Positions 9,940 through 20,542 are shown, numbered from the stretch's first letter. The stretch is DNA of 64,000 bases from Syntrophales bacterium (GCA_040767195.1 JAXGPA010000001.1:640001-704000); one strand, 5' to 3'. Numbers and translations are program-made. Notes: a model not told the origin generated them from the sequence alone.

Positions 9940-11409
9940 TCAAAATAAGGAAAGGGAGCCCTCTTTCGGTTTTTTTTCTTCCTTAATGCGGCTCTGTTCC
10001 AAGACCAGCTGGTAGGCCACGTAGTATTTGTAGATGTTGCTCACGTACTGGACCGTCTCGCGGCCGATCTCCCGCGCCGCGACGATTTCCACGTTGTTGA
10101 ACCACCGGTCGGGGTCCAGTCCCCGGGCCTTCGCATTTTTCCTGAGCTGCCGGATTCTGCCGGGTCCCGCGTTGTAGGCCGCAAATGAGAACAGGGTCCG
10201 GTTCAGCCCATCCATGGCGTCTTCGCTGAAATACCGGTCCGTCAGGTGCCTCAGGTACTTCGTGCCGGCGTGGATGTTGTTTTCCACGCGGTCTATGCCG
10301 TCTACCTGCATGTGAGCCGCCGTGGCGGGAAGGACCTGCATGACGCCGACGGCCCCTCTCGGGCTCCGGGCGCTCTGGTCGAGACGGGACTCCTGGTAGC
10401 CCATGGCCGTGAGGAGCAGGTAGTCAAAATCGTACCGGTTGCCGTATTTCTTGAAAAAAACCACTGTTTCGTTGAACTTCCGCATCTCGTCGCTTGCCGT
10501 CGCGTTGACGATCCACCGGGTGTCCCTGAGGTACCGCCTGAAGAGGTCGTTTCCGAAGGCCGTTCCCTGTCCGTCTTTCCGGATGAACGCGTTGACGGCC
10601 TTTTCGAGCCCCGGACTTCCCTTCCGGAAAGCCCAGCCGATGTCTCCCCCCCGGCGGATCACGAGGTCCGGGCGGACGTCGATTCCGTCCAGGATCATGT
10701 CCCAGAACGTTGCCTTGTGATCGTCCATGACGATCATGGGAATAAGGCCGGCATGGACCATTTCGAGGAGATCCTCGTCTTCGAAAACCTCGTCGGCCGG
10801 TTTCACGACGACGGGCCTGAGTCCCTTTTCCCGGAAGGATTCGTTCAGTTTTTTCAGGCTTTCGTAGTAGCTGCTGGAAACCCGCACGTGGATTTCCCGC
10901 CCCGAAAGATCCTCGAGGGTTTCAAGCGGCGGGCACGAGGGACCGGTGACGATGATCTCGTTGACACCGCGGTAAAAGGGGTGGGAAAAATCGACGTGCT
11001 TTTTCCTTTCCGCCGTGATCGTCAGGTTCCCCACGGCAATGTCACCCACGCCGCCCTGCAGATCCGGAAAGAGCCTGTCCCGGGCCGTGGGAATGAAGAT
11101 GACCTGCACCTTCATGGTCTTTTTCCCGAGATCCCCGTTGACCCTCTTCTCGAACTGCTTGAGGGCCTCGTAGCTGATGCCCCGCTGCCTGGCGCCGTCA
11201 AGAAAATAGAACGTCTTGTTGTAGGGCAGAAGAACCCGGATCATGCGGCGTTTCACCATGCCGTCGAAATCGCCTGTCCAGGGCCGGAGGGCCCGGCTCA
11301 GCATTTCGTCGTCGGACCGGTCCGCCGCCCGGCCGCCGGAGGGCATAAAACAGGGAAGAATCACACCGGCAAGAAAGAACAGGAAAAGACAACGAGCGAA
11401 AGACGCCAC
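9940..11409 (-). CDS. MltF-like lytic transglycosylase (substrate-binding domain + SLT)
   Basis: N-terminal SBP_bac_3-like domain; YQES, GVMQV, AAYNAGP, ET.QYV SLT motifs. Confidence 0.9.
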   Translation of the reverse strand: MASFARCLFLFFLAGVILPCFMPSGGRAADRSDDEMLSRALRPWTGDFDGMVKRRMIRVLLPYNKTFYFLDGARQRGISYEALKQFEKRVNGDLGKKTMKVQVIFIPTARDRLFPDLQGGVGDIAVGNLTITAERKKHVDFSHPFYRGVNEIIVTGPSCPPLETLEDLSGREIHVRVSSSYYESLKKLNESFREKGLRPVVVKPADEVFEDEDLLEMVHAGLIPMIVMDDHKATFWDMILDGIDVRPDLVIRRGGDIGWAFRKGSPGLEKAVNAFIRKDGQGTAFGNDLFRRYLRDTRWIVNATASDEMRKFNETVVFFKKYGNRYDFDYLLLTAMGYQESRLDQSARSPRGAVGVMQVLPATAAHMQVDGIDRVENNIHAGTKYLRHLTDRYFSEDAMDGLNRTLFSFAAYNAGPGRIRQLRKNAKARGLDPDRWFNNVEIVAAREIGRETVQYVSNIYKYYVAYQLVLEQSRIKEEKKPKEGSLSLF

Positions 11410-11564
11410 GGCACAGCCCCCTTCCTGAGACTCCTTTTTTTTCAGACTCCCTTATCCAACGATCCTCTTTTTTCGTCAAGCCCGGGTTGTAAATCCACCA
11501 GCGATCCCCGGCGGGAAGAATGACCGCCGGTTTTTTCCTGGAATAAAAAATTTTTCGCCAATGG

Positions 11565-11593
11565 GGAACTTTTCGGCTTCGCTGCCTGTCCAA
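11565..11593 (+). promoter_or_regulatory. Putative ECF (sigmaE-type) promoter
   Basis: GGAACTT-N16-GTCCAA about 30 bp upstream of the VIT-VWA start. Confidence 0.6.
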
Positions 11594-11623
11594 GGAAATA
11601 AACGGGAATAAAAGGAGGTCTCC

Positions 11624-13951
11624 ATGAATACGGAAACGAAAAGGCTCGTCGTCCTTGTCCTCATCATGCTGCTCTTTGCGGCGGCACCGGCGCCGGGACA
11701 GGCCGGGCCCGCCGGAGACAGAACCTCATCGCCCTATTTTTTCGTCGCCAGCGGCGATTCCCCGGTTGACGCCCTGCCGCTGAAGGCAACATCGGCCAAG
11801 GTTCTCATTGCCGGGGTCATCGCCCATGTCCAGGTGACCCAGGTCTACAAAAACGAGGGGGCCATTCCCCTGGAGGCTGTCTATGTCTTCCCCGCGTCGA
11901 CCCGGGCGGCCGTTCATGCCATGAAGATGACCGTCGGTGACCGGGTCATCGAGGCCGAGATCCGAAAGAGGGACGAGGCCCGGCAGGCCTATGAACGGGC
12001 CCGGGACGAAGGAAGAAGTGCCTCTCTTCTCGAGGAGGAGCGGCCCAACGTCTTCCGGATGAACGTGGCCAATATTCTGCCGGGGGACGAGATCCGGGTC
12101 GAACTGGGGTACACGGAACTCCTCGTCCCCACGGAACGGGTCTATGAGTTTGTCTATCCCACCGTGGTCGGTCCGCGATACGCGAACGGACAGAATGGAA
12201 GGGATCCCTCCAGTGAGGACTGGAACCGGAACCCCTATCTCCACGAGGGAAACCCGCCGAATTATACCTTTGACATGGCGGTCACGGTCTCCACGGGGCT
12301 TCCCGTCGGCGAGGTTTCGTGCCCCTCCCATCGGGTCACCACGGTTTTCGACGGCCCCGCCGCCGTTCGCATCGCCCTGGACGCCTCGGAAAGGCAGGGG
12401 GGAAACCGGGACTTCATTCTCCGTTACCGCCTGGACGGTGACCGGGTCCGGTCCGGGCTTCTCCTTTACGAGGGCCGGGATGAGAATTTCTTCCTTCTCA
12501 TGACGCAGCCGCCCGCTTCCGTGGTTCCGGAAGACATGCCCCCCCGGGAGTATGTTTTCATCGTCGACGTTTCCGGTTCCATGCACGGATTCCCCCTGGA
12601 GGTTTCCAAGACCCTCCTGCGGGACCTCCTGGGTGGCCTCCGTCCCGTCGACCGGTTCAACGTGCTCCTCTTCGCCGGCGGATCGACCCTTCTTTCCGGC
12701 GAATCGCTCCCCGCGACGGCAGACAACCTGAGACGGGCCCTCGACGTCATCGACCGCCAGCGGGGCGGCGGCGGGACGGAGTTGCTCCCGGCGCTGCAAC
12801 GGGCCTTGTCCCTGCCCGGCGGGCCGGGACTGTCCCGAACCTTTGTCATCGCCACGGACGGGTATGTCACCGTGGAAGAAGAGGTTTTCGATCTCGTCCG
12901 GACCCGCCTGGGAGACGCCAACTTCTTCGCTTTCGGCATCGGGTCGAGCGTGAACCGGCACATCATCGAGGGAATGGCGCGGATGGGCATGGGAGAACCC
13001 TTCATCGTCACAAAGGCGGGGGACGCCCCGTCGGAGGCGTCCCGTTTCCGCCGGACCGTCGCCGCGCCGGTCCTGACGGACGTGGCCGTGAGCTGTGAGG
13101 GATTCGACGTCTTCGACGTGGAACCCTTGAACCCTCCCGATGTCCTCGCCGAGCGTCCTGTCATCGTTTTCGGCAAGTGGCGGGGGACCCCCCGGGGAAC
13201 GATCACGGTAACCGGCATGACGGGAAAAGGCCCCTACCGGGAAAAAATAAACATCGGCACCGTCCGTCCCACGGAGGGAAACAGGGCCCTCCGGTATCTC
13301 TGGGCCCGCCACAGGATCGCCCTTCTCTCCGATTACAACAGCCTCAGGGCCGACGATGGGCGGATCGGTGACGTCACCCGTCTCGGGCTGGAATACCATC
13401 TCCTGACAGCCTGGACGTCTTTCGTCGCCGTGGATACCCGCGTTCGGAACAGCGACGGCCGGCCCGAACAGGTCGTTCAGCCCCTCCCGCTTCCCCGGGG
13501 CGTGTCGGACTATGCCATAGGAGGAAGCCATTTAAAAGCCGCCGGTCCCGCACTTTCCATGCCCCTGCGGAATACCTTTTCGGAAGCGGCGGACCGGCCG
13601 GCCCAGGACCGGGGAAAGGGCGAGGAAATTGGAAAATCGCAGGCGAAACTGGCAGTAAGCCAGATCAAAACGTCCCCGGAACTTTCCCGGGAGGCCGTGG
13701 AGAAGGTCTTTCAATCCCGTCTTCCCGATCTGGAAGCCTGTCTTGCCGGCCTCGAGACCCTGCCCTCCCTGACCTTCGACGTGATCCTCCGGCCCGACGG
13801 CACCGTGAAAGACGTCCGGGAGGCGGCCGGCCTGCGCCAGGCCGGGGGTCTCTTGAAATGCCTGGTGGAAAAAATAAAATCCTGGACGTTTCCCCGATCA
13901 GGGACGGGACGGGAGGAACGGGTGACGGTAACCATTACCCCCGTTCCCTGA
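11624..13951 (+). CDS. Exported VIT + VWA domain protein with an AgmX/PglI-like (TonB-C-like) C-terminal domain
   Basis: RBS AAAGGAGG; signal peptide; LEAVYVFP VIT; DVSGS, GGGTE, ATDG MIDAS; TAWTSFVAVD; CL...IKSW.FP tail. Confidence 0.88.
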   Translation: MNTETKRLVVLVLIMLLFAAAPAPGQAGPAGDRTSSPYFFVASGDSPVDALPLKATSAKVLIAGVIAHVQVTQVYKNEGAIPLEAVYVFPASTRAAVHAMKMTVGDRVIEAEIRKRDEARQAYERARDEGRSASLLEEERPNVFRMNVANILPGDEIRVELGYTELLVPTERVYEFVYPTVVGPRYANGQNGRDPSSEDWNRNPYLHEGNPPNYTFDMAVTVSTGLPVGEVSCPSHRVTTVFDGPAAVRIALDASERQGGNRDFILRYRLDGDRVRSGLLLYEGRDENFFLLMTQPPASVVPEDMPPREYVFIVDVSGSMHGFPLEVSKTLLRDLLGGLRPVDRFNVLLFAGGSTLLSGESLPATADNLRRALDVIDRQRGGGGTELLPALQRALSLPGGPGLSRTFVIATDGYVTVEEEVFDLVRTRLGDANFFAFGIGSSVNRHIIEGMARMGMGEPFIVTKAGDAPSEASRFRRTVAAPVLTDVAVSCEGFDVFDVEPLNPPDVLAERPVIVFGKWRGTPRGTITVTGMTGKGPYREKINIGTVRPTEGNRALRYLWARHRIALLSDYNSLRADDGRIGDVTRLGLEYHLLTAWTSFVAVDTRVRNSDGRPEQVVQPLPLPRGVSDYAIGGSHLKAAGPALSMPLRNTFSEAADRPAQDRGKGEEIGKSQAKLAVSQIKTSPELSREAVEKVFQSRLPDLEACLAGLETLPSLTFDVILRPDGTVKDVREAAGLRQAGGLLKCLVEKIKSWTFPRSGTGREERVTVTITPVP

Positions 13952-13957
13952 AAACCG

Positions 13958-14016
13958 GTGAAGGATCCCCGGAACGGGCCTGGAAGACAAGGCCCGTTCC
14001 CGGGGGCCCCTCACCC
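13958..14016 (+). terminator. Long GC hairpin after the VIT-VWA gene
   Basis: GAACGGGCCT/AGGCCCGTTC core with extended flanking pairing, followed by ATTCTTTTC. Confidence 0.45.
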
Positions 14017-14077
14017 ATTCTTTTCTTGACAATCGGCAAAAAGTGATACGAGAGAAGAGAAATCGAAACACCCGGGG

Positions 14078-14689
14078 ATGGTCATGGCGGAAGGGGAAGA
14101 TAACCGGCGGCGGACAGGGAAAGACGAGGACCTCCCTTTCGTGCGGGCCTGCCGGGACGGGGACCGGGAGGCCTTCGGCGTCCTCGTGGAAAGGCATCAG
14201 AAAAAAATGATTAACACGGCCTACCGGATGCTGGGAGATTATGACGAAGCCTGTGATGTCGTTCAGGATGCCTTCGTTTCCGCCTTCCGGTCCATCGGTA
14301 CGTTCCGGGAAGAATCCCGCTTCGTCACCTGGCTCACGGGGATCGTCATCAACCGGGGAAGGACGCGCCTGAAACAGCTCGCGAACCGGCGCCGCCTGGA
14401 AGGACCGTCCCGGGACGGCATGGACCGCGCCGGCAGCGGGCCGGACGCCGGGAACCCCGTTTTCGACACCGTCACAAAAAAGGAAAGAAGCGCCCGGATT
14501 CAGGCCTGCATCAGCGGGCTTGACGAGGACCAGAGGACGGTTCTCGTTCTCCGGGACATTCAGGAATTTTCCTACGAGGAGATCACGGACATCCTGAAAA
14601 TTCCCGACGGGACGGTCAAATCCCGGCTTTTCCGGGCGCGCCTCGCCCTCAGGGACTGCCTGAAAAAAACCATGGGGGATTTTTTATGA
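14078..14689 (+). CDS. ECF RNA polymerase sigma factor
   Basis: AFGVLVERHQ, DVVQDAF, F.TWL, SYEEI..GTVKSRLFRAR. Confidence 0.93.
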   Translation: MVMAEGEDNRRRTGKDEDLPFVRACRDGDREAFGVLVERHQKKMINTAYRMLGDYDEACDVVQDAFVSAFRSIGTFREESRFVTWLTGIVINRGRTRLKQLANRRRLEGPSRDGMDRAGSGPDAGNPVFDTVTKKERSARIQACISGLDEDQRTVLVLRDIQEFSYEEITDILKIPDGTVKSRLFRARLALRDCLKKTMGDFL

Positions 14690-15609
14690 AGTGCCAGGAC
14701 GTTTGGAACCTTCTTCCGGCCCTGATCGAGGAAGGGCTTCTTGATTCCCGGGAAGCGGAAGAACTGCACAGGCACCTGCAAGCCTGTCCCGCCTGCCGGG
14801 CGATCCTGGAGGATCTTCGAGAATCCCGGGATCTCCTGAAAAGCCTGGAACCCGTCGACCCCCCGGCGGGATTCAAGGACAGGATCCTGGACCGGCTCGG
14901 CCGGGATCGGGAGAAACAGGGCCGGCGGTGGCGGGACCTTTTTCATCCCCTTCCCGTCGGGCGCCCCCTGCAGGCCCTGGCGACGGTTCTCGTCGTCGTC
15001 CTGGCCCTCACCGTATTCCGGGGACTGGAGGACCTGAAGAAAGGCGGGGAGCTTTCCCGGGCCCCCCTGGAAGAAGCCGTAAAGGGCAAGGGGCCGGAAT
15101 ATCCCCCCCCGCCGGCCATGAAGGGCCAGGCACCGGGTCGGCGGGCCCTGGAGGTCACCGGACCCCGGGAAGAGGCCCCTTCCCGGGGGACCGCCGACAG
15201 GACGCTTTCTCAGCCCGCGGCCTCTTTCGAAGCCTCGTCGAAAAGTCACCCTTTCAATGAATCGTCCCGCCCCGAGGATAGGATAAGGGACACCGGCCAG
15301 TCTACTGCCGGAGAAAAGGCGGCGGTCCGGAACGGGTCCGCCGACGGGCGGATCACCCTCCTGGTCCCGAACGGGCCGTCGGCCCTCCGGGCCGTGGAAT
15401 CCCTCCTCGTCCGGTCCGGCATACCCGTTGAAAGCTTCGCGGCGGGTGAGGGAAAAACGACCCTGGTCCTGGTAACGGACACCGGTCGTCTTCCGAAACT
15501 TCTCGAGTCGCTCGGAAAGATCGGCGCCATGTCGACGGAGGGACCCGGTCCCGACGGGGAAGGCCCCGTCACGATGATCCTGCAGATCGTCGAGAGCCCC
15601 TCTCCTTGA
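14686..15609 (+). CDS. Zinc-binding (ZAS/zf-HC2) membrane anti-sigma factor
   Basis: MKC..HLQACPAC (HxxxCxxC), one TM helix, ATGA overlap with the ECF gene. Confidence 0.85.
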   Translation: MKCQDVWNLLPALIEEGLLDSREAEELHRHLQACPACRAILEDLRESRDLLKSLEPVDPPAGFKDRILDRLGRDREKQGRRWRDLFHPLPVGRPLQALATVLVVVLALTVFRGLEDLKKGGELSRAPLEEAVKGKGPEYPPPPAMKGQAPGRRALEVTGPREEAPSRGTADRTLSQPAASFEASSKSHPFNESSRPEDRIRDTGQSTAGEKAAVRNGSADGRITLLVPNGPSALRAVESLLVRSGIPVESFAAGEGKTTLVLVTDTGRLPKLLESLGKIGAMSTEGPGPDGEGPVTMILQIVESPSP

Positions 15610-15634
15610 TTCCCCCAGGGTCGAGTGTTATAGT
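15606..15634 (+). promoter_or_regulatory. Putative sigma70 promoter
   Basis: TTGATT-N17-TATAGT with TG extended -10. Confidence 0.6.
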
Positions 15635-15664
15635 GACGCCACAAAAAAGAAAGGATCACCGCCC

Positions 15665-16711
15665 ATGGACACCCTTTCCCGCCAAAGAGAGGCCCTCTCG
15701 AAGAAGCTTTTCCCCGAGGGGATTCCCCGCCTGTGGTGCCCTCTTCTCACCCATTACGACGGGAACGGAAAAATAGACCTGCCCCGGATGAGGGCCCACT
15801 TCGCCCACGTGGCCCCCTGGGTGGCCGGTTTTCTCATCCCCGGTACGACGGGCGACGGATGGGAACTTGACGACGGGGAAACGGAAACGGTCGTCCGGTT
15901 CGCCCTGGAAGAGGCCTCGAATCATGACAGCCGGATCCTTCTGGGAGCCCTGCGACACGGGACGGAAGACGTCCTGGCCCTCATGGACAGACTTTTTCGG
16001 CTTCTCGAAAGTAGTACGGAAGAAAAGGACCCCCTGGCCGTTCTCACGAAATCCCGGGTGTCGGGATTCACCGTGTGCGCCCCGAAAGGAAGAGGACTCG
16101 ACCAGGAAACCATCCTTCGGTCCCTTTTCAGCATCGCCGACCGGGGATATCCCCTGGCCCTGTACCAGCTTCCCCAGGTAACGGAAAATGAGATCCATCC
16201 GGATACGTTCGACCGGCTCTGTCTCACTTTCGCAAACATCATCTTTTTCAAGGACTCGAGCGGAGGCGACAGGATCGCCGCCGCCGCCCGGCATCGGGAG
16301 GGAGTCTTTCTCGTCCGCGGCGCCGAGGGCGGTTACGGCCAGTGGCTCACGGAGGCCGGCGGTCCCTATGACGGGTTTCTGCTGAGCACGGCGAACTGTT
16401 TCGCCGCCGAACTTTCGGCCATCATCGACGCCACCGGCCGGGGCGACCTCCTGTCGGCCCTGGAACTCTCGGAAATCGTCACAGGAGTGTTCAGAGAGGT
16501 CTCCGGCCTGGTCGGCGGGCTCCCCGTCGGAAACGCTTTCACCAACGCGAACAAGGCCATGGACCACTTTTTCGCCCTGGGACCGGAAGCCTCGACGGCC
16601 CCGGGCCCCATGCTGCACGGGGGGGTCCGGATACCGCCGGAAGCGCTCGAGAAAACGCGGGAGAGCCTGAATCGTTTCGGCCTCATACCGGAAACAGGGT
16701 ATCTCCCGTAA
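15665..16711 (+). CDS. Dihydrodipicolinate synthase (DapA-like) family class I aldolase
   Basis: PLLTHY..G.ID, GTTGDG, LYQLP, FFKDSSG (Schiff-base Lys). Confidence 0.8.
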   Translation: MDTLSRQREALSKKLFPEGIPRLWCPLLTHYDGNGKIDLPRMRAHFAHVAPWVAGFLIPGTTGDGWELDDGETETVVRFALEEASNHDSRILLGALRHGTEDVLALMDRLFRLLESSTEEKDPLAVLTKSRVSGFTVCAPKGRGLDQETILRSLFSIADRGYPLALYQLPQVTENEIHPDTFDRLCLTFANIIFFKDSSGGDRIAAAARHREGVFLVRGAEGGYGQWLTEAGGPYDGFLLSTANCFAAELSAIIDATGRGDLLSALELSEIVTGVFREVSGLVGGLPVGNAFTNANKAMDHFFALGPEASTAPGPMLHGGVRIPPEALEKTRESLNRFGLIPETGYLP

Positions 16712-16725
16712 AAGATCGGCCATTC

Positions 16726-18471
16726 ATGGGATCCCTGAGGCTTCTGAAACCCTATTTCGTCGAGAACCGCGTCGCCATCCTCGTGGGCGCCCTCTCTCTC
16801 ATTGTCGTCGACCTTCTGCAGCTTTACATCCCCCGGATCGTCAAGAATGTGGTCGACGACCTGACCCTGTACCGGGCCTCCGGAAGGGACCTTCTTTTTT
16901 ACGCCCTGTCCATTCTTCTCATCACCCTGATCATGGCTTTTTTCCGTTATGTGTGGCGTCGATGCCTCATCGGCCTGTCCCGGACCGTGGAGGAAGGGCT
17001 TCGGAACCGCCTCTTCGCTCATCTTCAGACCCTGTCCGACCGCTGGTTCGGCCGGGTCCGACCGGGAGACCTCATGGCTCACGCCACGAACGACATCGGA
17101 AGTGTCCGAATGGCCGCGGGGATGGGCCTTGTGGCTCTCATCGACGCCGTCGTTCTCGGCTCCGCCGCCGTCGGTTTCATGGCCTACATCAACGTCCGGC
17201 TCACCCTGTACGTCCTCATGCCCATGGTCGTTATCGTATTTGCAACCCGGTTTTTCACAAGGAGGATGCATCACCTGTACCAGGCCGTCCAGGCCGCCTT
17301 CGCGGATTTGACGGAAATCGTCCGGGAACGGTTCGCGGGCATCCGGATCATCAAGGCCTACAACCGGGAGAAAGCCTCCGCCGATGTGTTCAGGCAATAC
17401 TCCCGGGAACTGGTGGGGAAACAACTCCAGCTCGTCCGGATTACCGGGGCCTTTTTCCCTCTCATGATGCTCTTTTCCAATTTCAGTCTCGCCGCCGTTC
17501 TTTACTTCGGCGGACATGACGCCATCGCCATGGTGATCACGCCGGGGGATTTCGTGGCCTTCATCAGTTATCTCGCCATCCTCACCTGGCCCATGATGGC
17601 CGCTGGGTGGGTGATCAACCTGATCCAGCGGGGCCGGGCCTCCCTGGACAGGATTGACCGCATTCTCCGGGAACGGCCCGAAATCACCGACGGCCCGACG
17701 CCGCTCCCGCCCGCCCTGCCTTTCGAGAGCCTTCGCCTGGAAAAGGTTTCCTTCTCCTTCGACGGAAACGGCACGCCGGTGCTCGAGAACATCGACGTCA
17801 CCCTCCGCCGGGGCGACATGATCGGAATCATCGGTCCTCCCGGAAGCGGAAAATCGACCCTTCTCCATCTTTTGCCGCGGCTTTACGACGTTACCGGGGG
17901 CCGCATCACGCTGAACGGAACGGACATCCGCTCCCTCAAAACTTCGGACCTGCGATCCCGGATGGCTTTCGTTCCCCAGGAACCGTTCATCTTCGCCGGG
18001 ACGATCCGGGAAAACATTCTCCTGGGAAAACCGGAAGCGACGGAAGGGGAAATCAGGCGGGCCGTTGAAATGGCACGGCTCACCGACACCCTGGACGGGT
18101 TTCCCCAGGGTCTCGAAACAATCACCGGAGAAAAAGGTGTCATTCTTTCCGGCGGGCAGAGGCAGCGCATCGCCCTGGCCAGGGCCTTTTTGAGAAACAG
18201 CCCCCTCATGATCCTCGACGATCCCGTGAGCCAGCTGGACACGGAAACGGGCGCGGCCATCCTCGAGTCCCTCCGGGCTTACGCCAGTGACAGAACCCTT
18301 ATCGTGGTCTCTCACCGGCTCACCGCCGTCCGCGCCGCTGACGGGATCATCGTTCTGGAAGGCGGGCGGATTGCCGAATCGGGCACCCACGAAAGCCTCC
18401 TGGCAAAGGACGGGTACTACGGGCGAACCTATCGGTACCAGGAAATAGAAGAAATCGACTATGGCACCTGA
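16726..18471 (+). CDS. ABC exporter permease/ATPase subunit A (MdlA/YheI-like)
   Basis: TM domain, GPPGSGKS, LSGGQRQR, ILDD degenerate Walker B. Confidence 0.92.
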   Translation: MGSLRLLKPYFVENRVAILVGALSLIVVDLLQLYIPRIVKNVVDDLTLYRASGRDLLFYALSILLITLIMAFFRYVWRRCLIGLSRTVEEGLRNRLFAHLQTLSDRWFGRVRPGDLMAHATNDIGSVRMAAGMGLVALIDAVVLGSAAVGFMAYINVRLTLYVLMPMVVIVFATRFFTRRMHHLYQAVQAAFADLTEIVRERFAGIRIIKAYNREKASADVFRQYSRELVGKQLQLVRITGAFFPLMMLFSNFSLAAVLYFGGHDAIAMVITPGDFVAFISYLAILTWPMMAAGWVINLIQRGRASLDRIDRILRERPEITDGPTPLPPALPFESLRLEKVSFSFDGNGTPVLENIDVTLRRGDMIGIIGPPGSGKSTLLHLLPRLYDVTGGRITLNGTDIRSLKTSDLRSRMAFVPQEPFIFAGTIRENILLGKPEATEGEIRRAVEMARLTDTLDGFPQGLETITGEKGVILSGGQRQRIALARAFLRNSPLMILDDPVSQLDTETGAAILESLRAYASDRTLIVVSHRLTAVRAADGIIVLEGGRIAESGTHESLLAKDGYYGRTYRYQEIEEIDYGT

Positions 18472-20467
18472 ACAGAGATCCCTCTCGGAGGACACGCTCG
18501 GAAAAACGTATGACTTTGCCATGGTGCGGGCCCTTCTGCCGTTCATCCGCCCCTACGGGGCCTCCCTTTTCGCCGCCGTTTTCCTTGTCGTTGTCATCAC
18601 CTTTATCAACCTGGCCCTTCCTTACGTGACCAAGACGGCCATCGATCGATACATCGTGCCGCAGGAAAACGTCACCGGCCCAAGCCATTCCGAGGGTAAC
18701 GCCCGGGACGATCGGGATCTCACCTTTTCCCTGGAAGACCCCGAAGCGGCCGACGTGATCAATCGCTTTCCCGGCTTTTTCGAGTTGGAGGGACGGACGG
18801 CTAGGATTTCGCTGAAAGACGCCGGACATCTCCCCCCGGAGGATCTTCTCAGGATCAGGAAAGGGGATCTTCGAGGGGTCACCGTCATGACGGCTCTCCT
18901 TCTCGGCCTCGTCCTGGCCGGTTTTCTTCTCAATTTTGTTCAGGTTCTGATCATGGAATACGCGGGGCAGAGGATCATGCACGATTTGAGGATGCGGGTT
19001 TTCACCCACGTCCAGGTCATGAACATCCCCTTCTTCAATCGCCACCCCGTGGGCCGCCTCGTCACCCGGGTGACCAACGACATTCAGAACATGAACGAAT
19101 TCTTCACGTCCATCATCGTCTTCGTCTTCAAGGACCTCTTTTTGTTCCTGGGCATCACCGCCGTTCTTCTCTACATGAACTGGAAACTGACCCTCATCGT
19201 CCTCACCGTCGCCCCGCCCCTGGTCCTCACCGCTGTCTTCTTTTCCACCCGGGCCCGGAACATTTTCCGGGAACTCCGGGTCCGGACGGCGGAAATCAAC
19301 ACCCGCCTGTCGGAAACCATTCAGGGCATCCGGGTGATCCGGTTGTTCAACGATGAAAAGAGGAACGAAAAGGACTTCCGGGACCTGAATCACCGTTTCT
19401 ACGAGGCCGGCGTCCGGCAGATTCACCTCTTCGCCCTTTTCATGCCCATCATCGATCTGTTCGGCTCGGCAACCCTGGCCATGGTCCTCTATTTCGGGGG
19501 GGGGAAGGTCGTCCAGAATACCATCTCGCTGGGTTCCCTCGTCGCCTTCATTTCCTACCTGAGGATGTTTTACATGCCCGTCCGGGACCTGGCGGAAAAA
19601 TACAACATCCTCCAGGACGCTCTCTCGTCGGCGGAAAGGATTTTCATGATCCTGAACAACCAGAACGTCGAACCCGTAGACGGGGAAAGAGAGGAAGCGG
19701 GGACGCCGGAACGGATCACGGACATCCGGGCCAGGCGCCTGACGTTTTCCTATGTTCCCGACGAACCGGTCCTCGAGGAGGTGTCCTTTCACGTCGGGGA
19801 GGGGGAAACGGTGGCTTTCGTCGGGCCGACGGGTTCCGGGAAGACGACGGTCATCAACCTCCTGACCCGGTTTCATGACCCCCTGTCGGGAGAGATCTTC
19901 GTGAACGGAAAAGAGATCCGAACCTGGGACCTTTCCCTTCTCAGGTCCCGGATGGCCCTGGTTCCCCAGGACCCCTACCTCTTTTCCGGTACCATTTACG
20001 AAAACATCATCCAGGGGAACGGTCACCTCCCGGCGAAAACACTGGACGTCATCCTGGAGGCGTCGAACCTGAAGCCACTCATCGCCAGGCTCCCCGAGGG
20101 GATTCACAAGTCCCTCACGGAGGGCGGCGGATCCCTTTCAAGCGGCGAGCGGCAGCTCATCTCCATCGCCCGGGCCTTTGCCCGGGACCCCGACGTGATC
20201 ATTCTCGACGAGGCCACGTCCTACATCGATTCGGAATCGGAAAGGAAGATACAGGAGGCCCTGGCAAACCTCATGAAGGGCAGAACGTCCATCATCGTGG
20301 CCCATCGCCTTTCCACGGCGAGGAAAGCCGACCGGATCTTCGTTCTCCAGAAGCACCGGATCATCGAAGAGGGCACCCATGAAGAGCTGATGCGCGGAAA
20401 GGGGTTTTACTACCACCTCTACCGGCTTCAGGGAAGCCGGGAAAACGGGATTTCATCGAGGGGCTGA
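18461..20467 (+). CDS. ABC exporter permease/ATPase subunit B (MdlB/YheH-like)
   Basis: GPTGSGKT, LSSGERQ, ILDEATS, AHRLST; overlaps the partner gene. Confidence 0.92.
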   Translation: MAPEQRSLSEDTLGKTYDFAMVRALLPFIRPYGASLFAAVFLVVVITFINLALPYVTKTAIDRYIVPQENVTGPSHSEGNARDDRDLTFSLEDPEAADVINRFPGFFELEGRTARISLKDAGHLPPEDLLRIRKGDLRGVTVMTALLLGLVLAGFLLNFVQVLIMEYAGQRIMHDLRMRVFTHVQVMNIPFFNRHPVGRLVTRVTNDIQNMNEFFTSIIVFVFKDLFLFLGITAVLLYMNWKLTLIVLTVAPPLVLTAVFFSTRARNIFRELRVRTAEINTRLSETIQGIRVIRLFNDEKRNEKDFRDLNHRFYEAGVRQIHLFALFMPIIDLFGSATLAMVLYFGGGKVVQNTISLGSLVAFISYLRMFYMPVRDLAEKYNILQDALSSAERIFMILNNQNVEPVDGEREEAGTPERITDIRARRLTFSYVPDEPVLEEVSFHVGEGETVAFVGPTGSGKTTVINLLTRFHDPLSGEIFVNGKEIRTWDLSLLRSRMALVPQDPYLFSGTIYENIIQGNGHLPAKTLDVILEASNLKPLIARLPEGIHKSLTEGGGSLSSGERQLISIARAFARDPDVIILDEATSYIDSESERKIQEALANLMKGRTSIIVAHRLSTARKADRIFVLQKHRIIEEGTHEELMRGKGFYYHLYRLQGSRENGISSRG

Positions 20468-20542
20468 AGGTCCTTCTCCGGCGGGGACTTGCGGAGAAAA
20501 CCGATAAAGAACCGGAATGGGCGACACCGGCGGCAGGTTTTT

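Noticed and set aside
16366..20107. Very long antisense ORFs (726 and 586 aa) opposite the ABC exporter, and similar ones at 11726-13531, 36465-38519 and 10246-11523
   Set aside because: Shadow ORFs of GC-rich genes: no motifs, and they fully overlap well-supported genes on the other strand.
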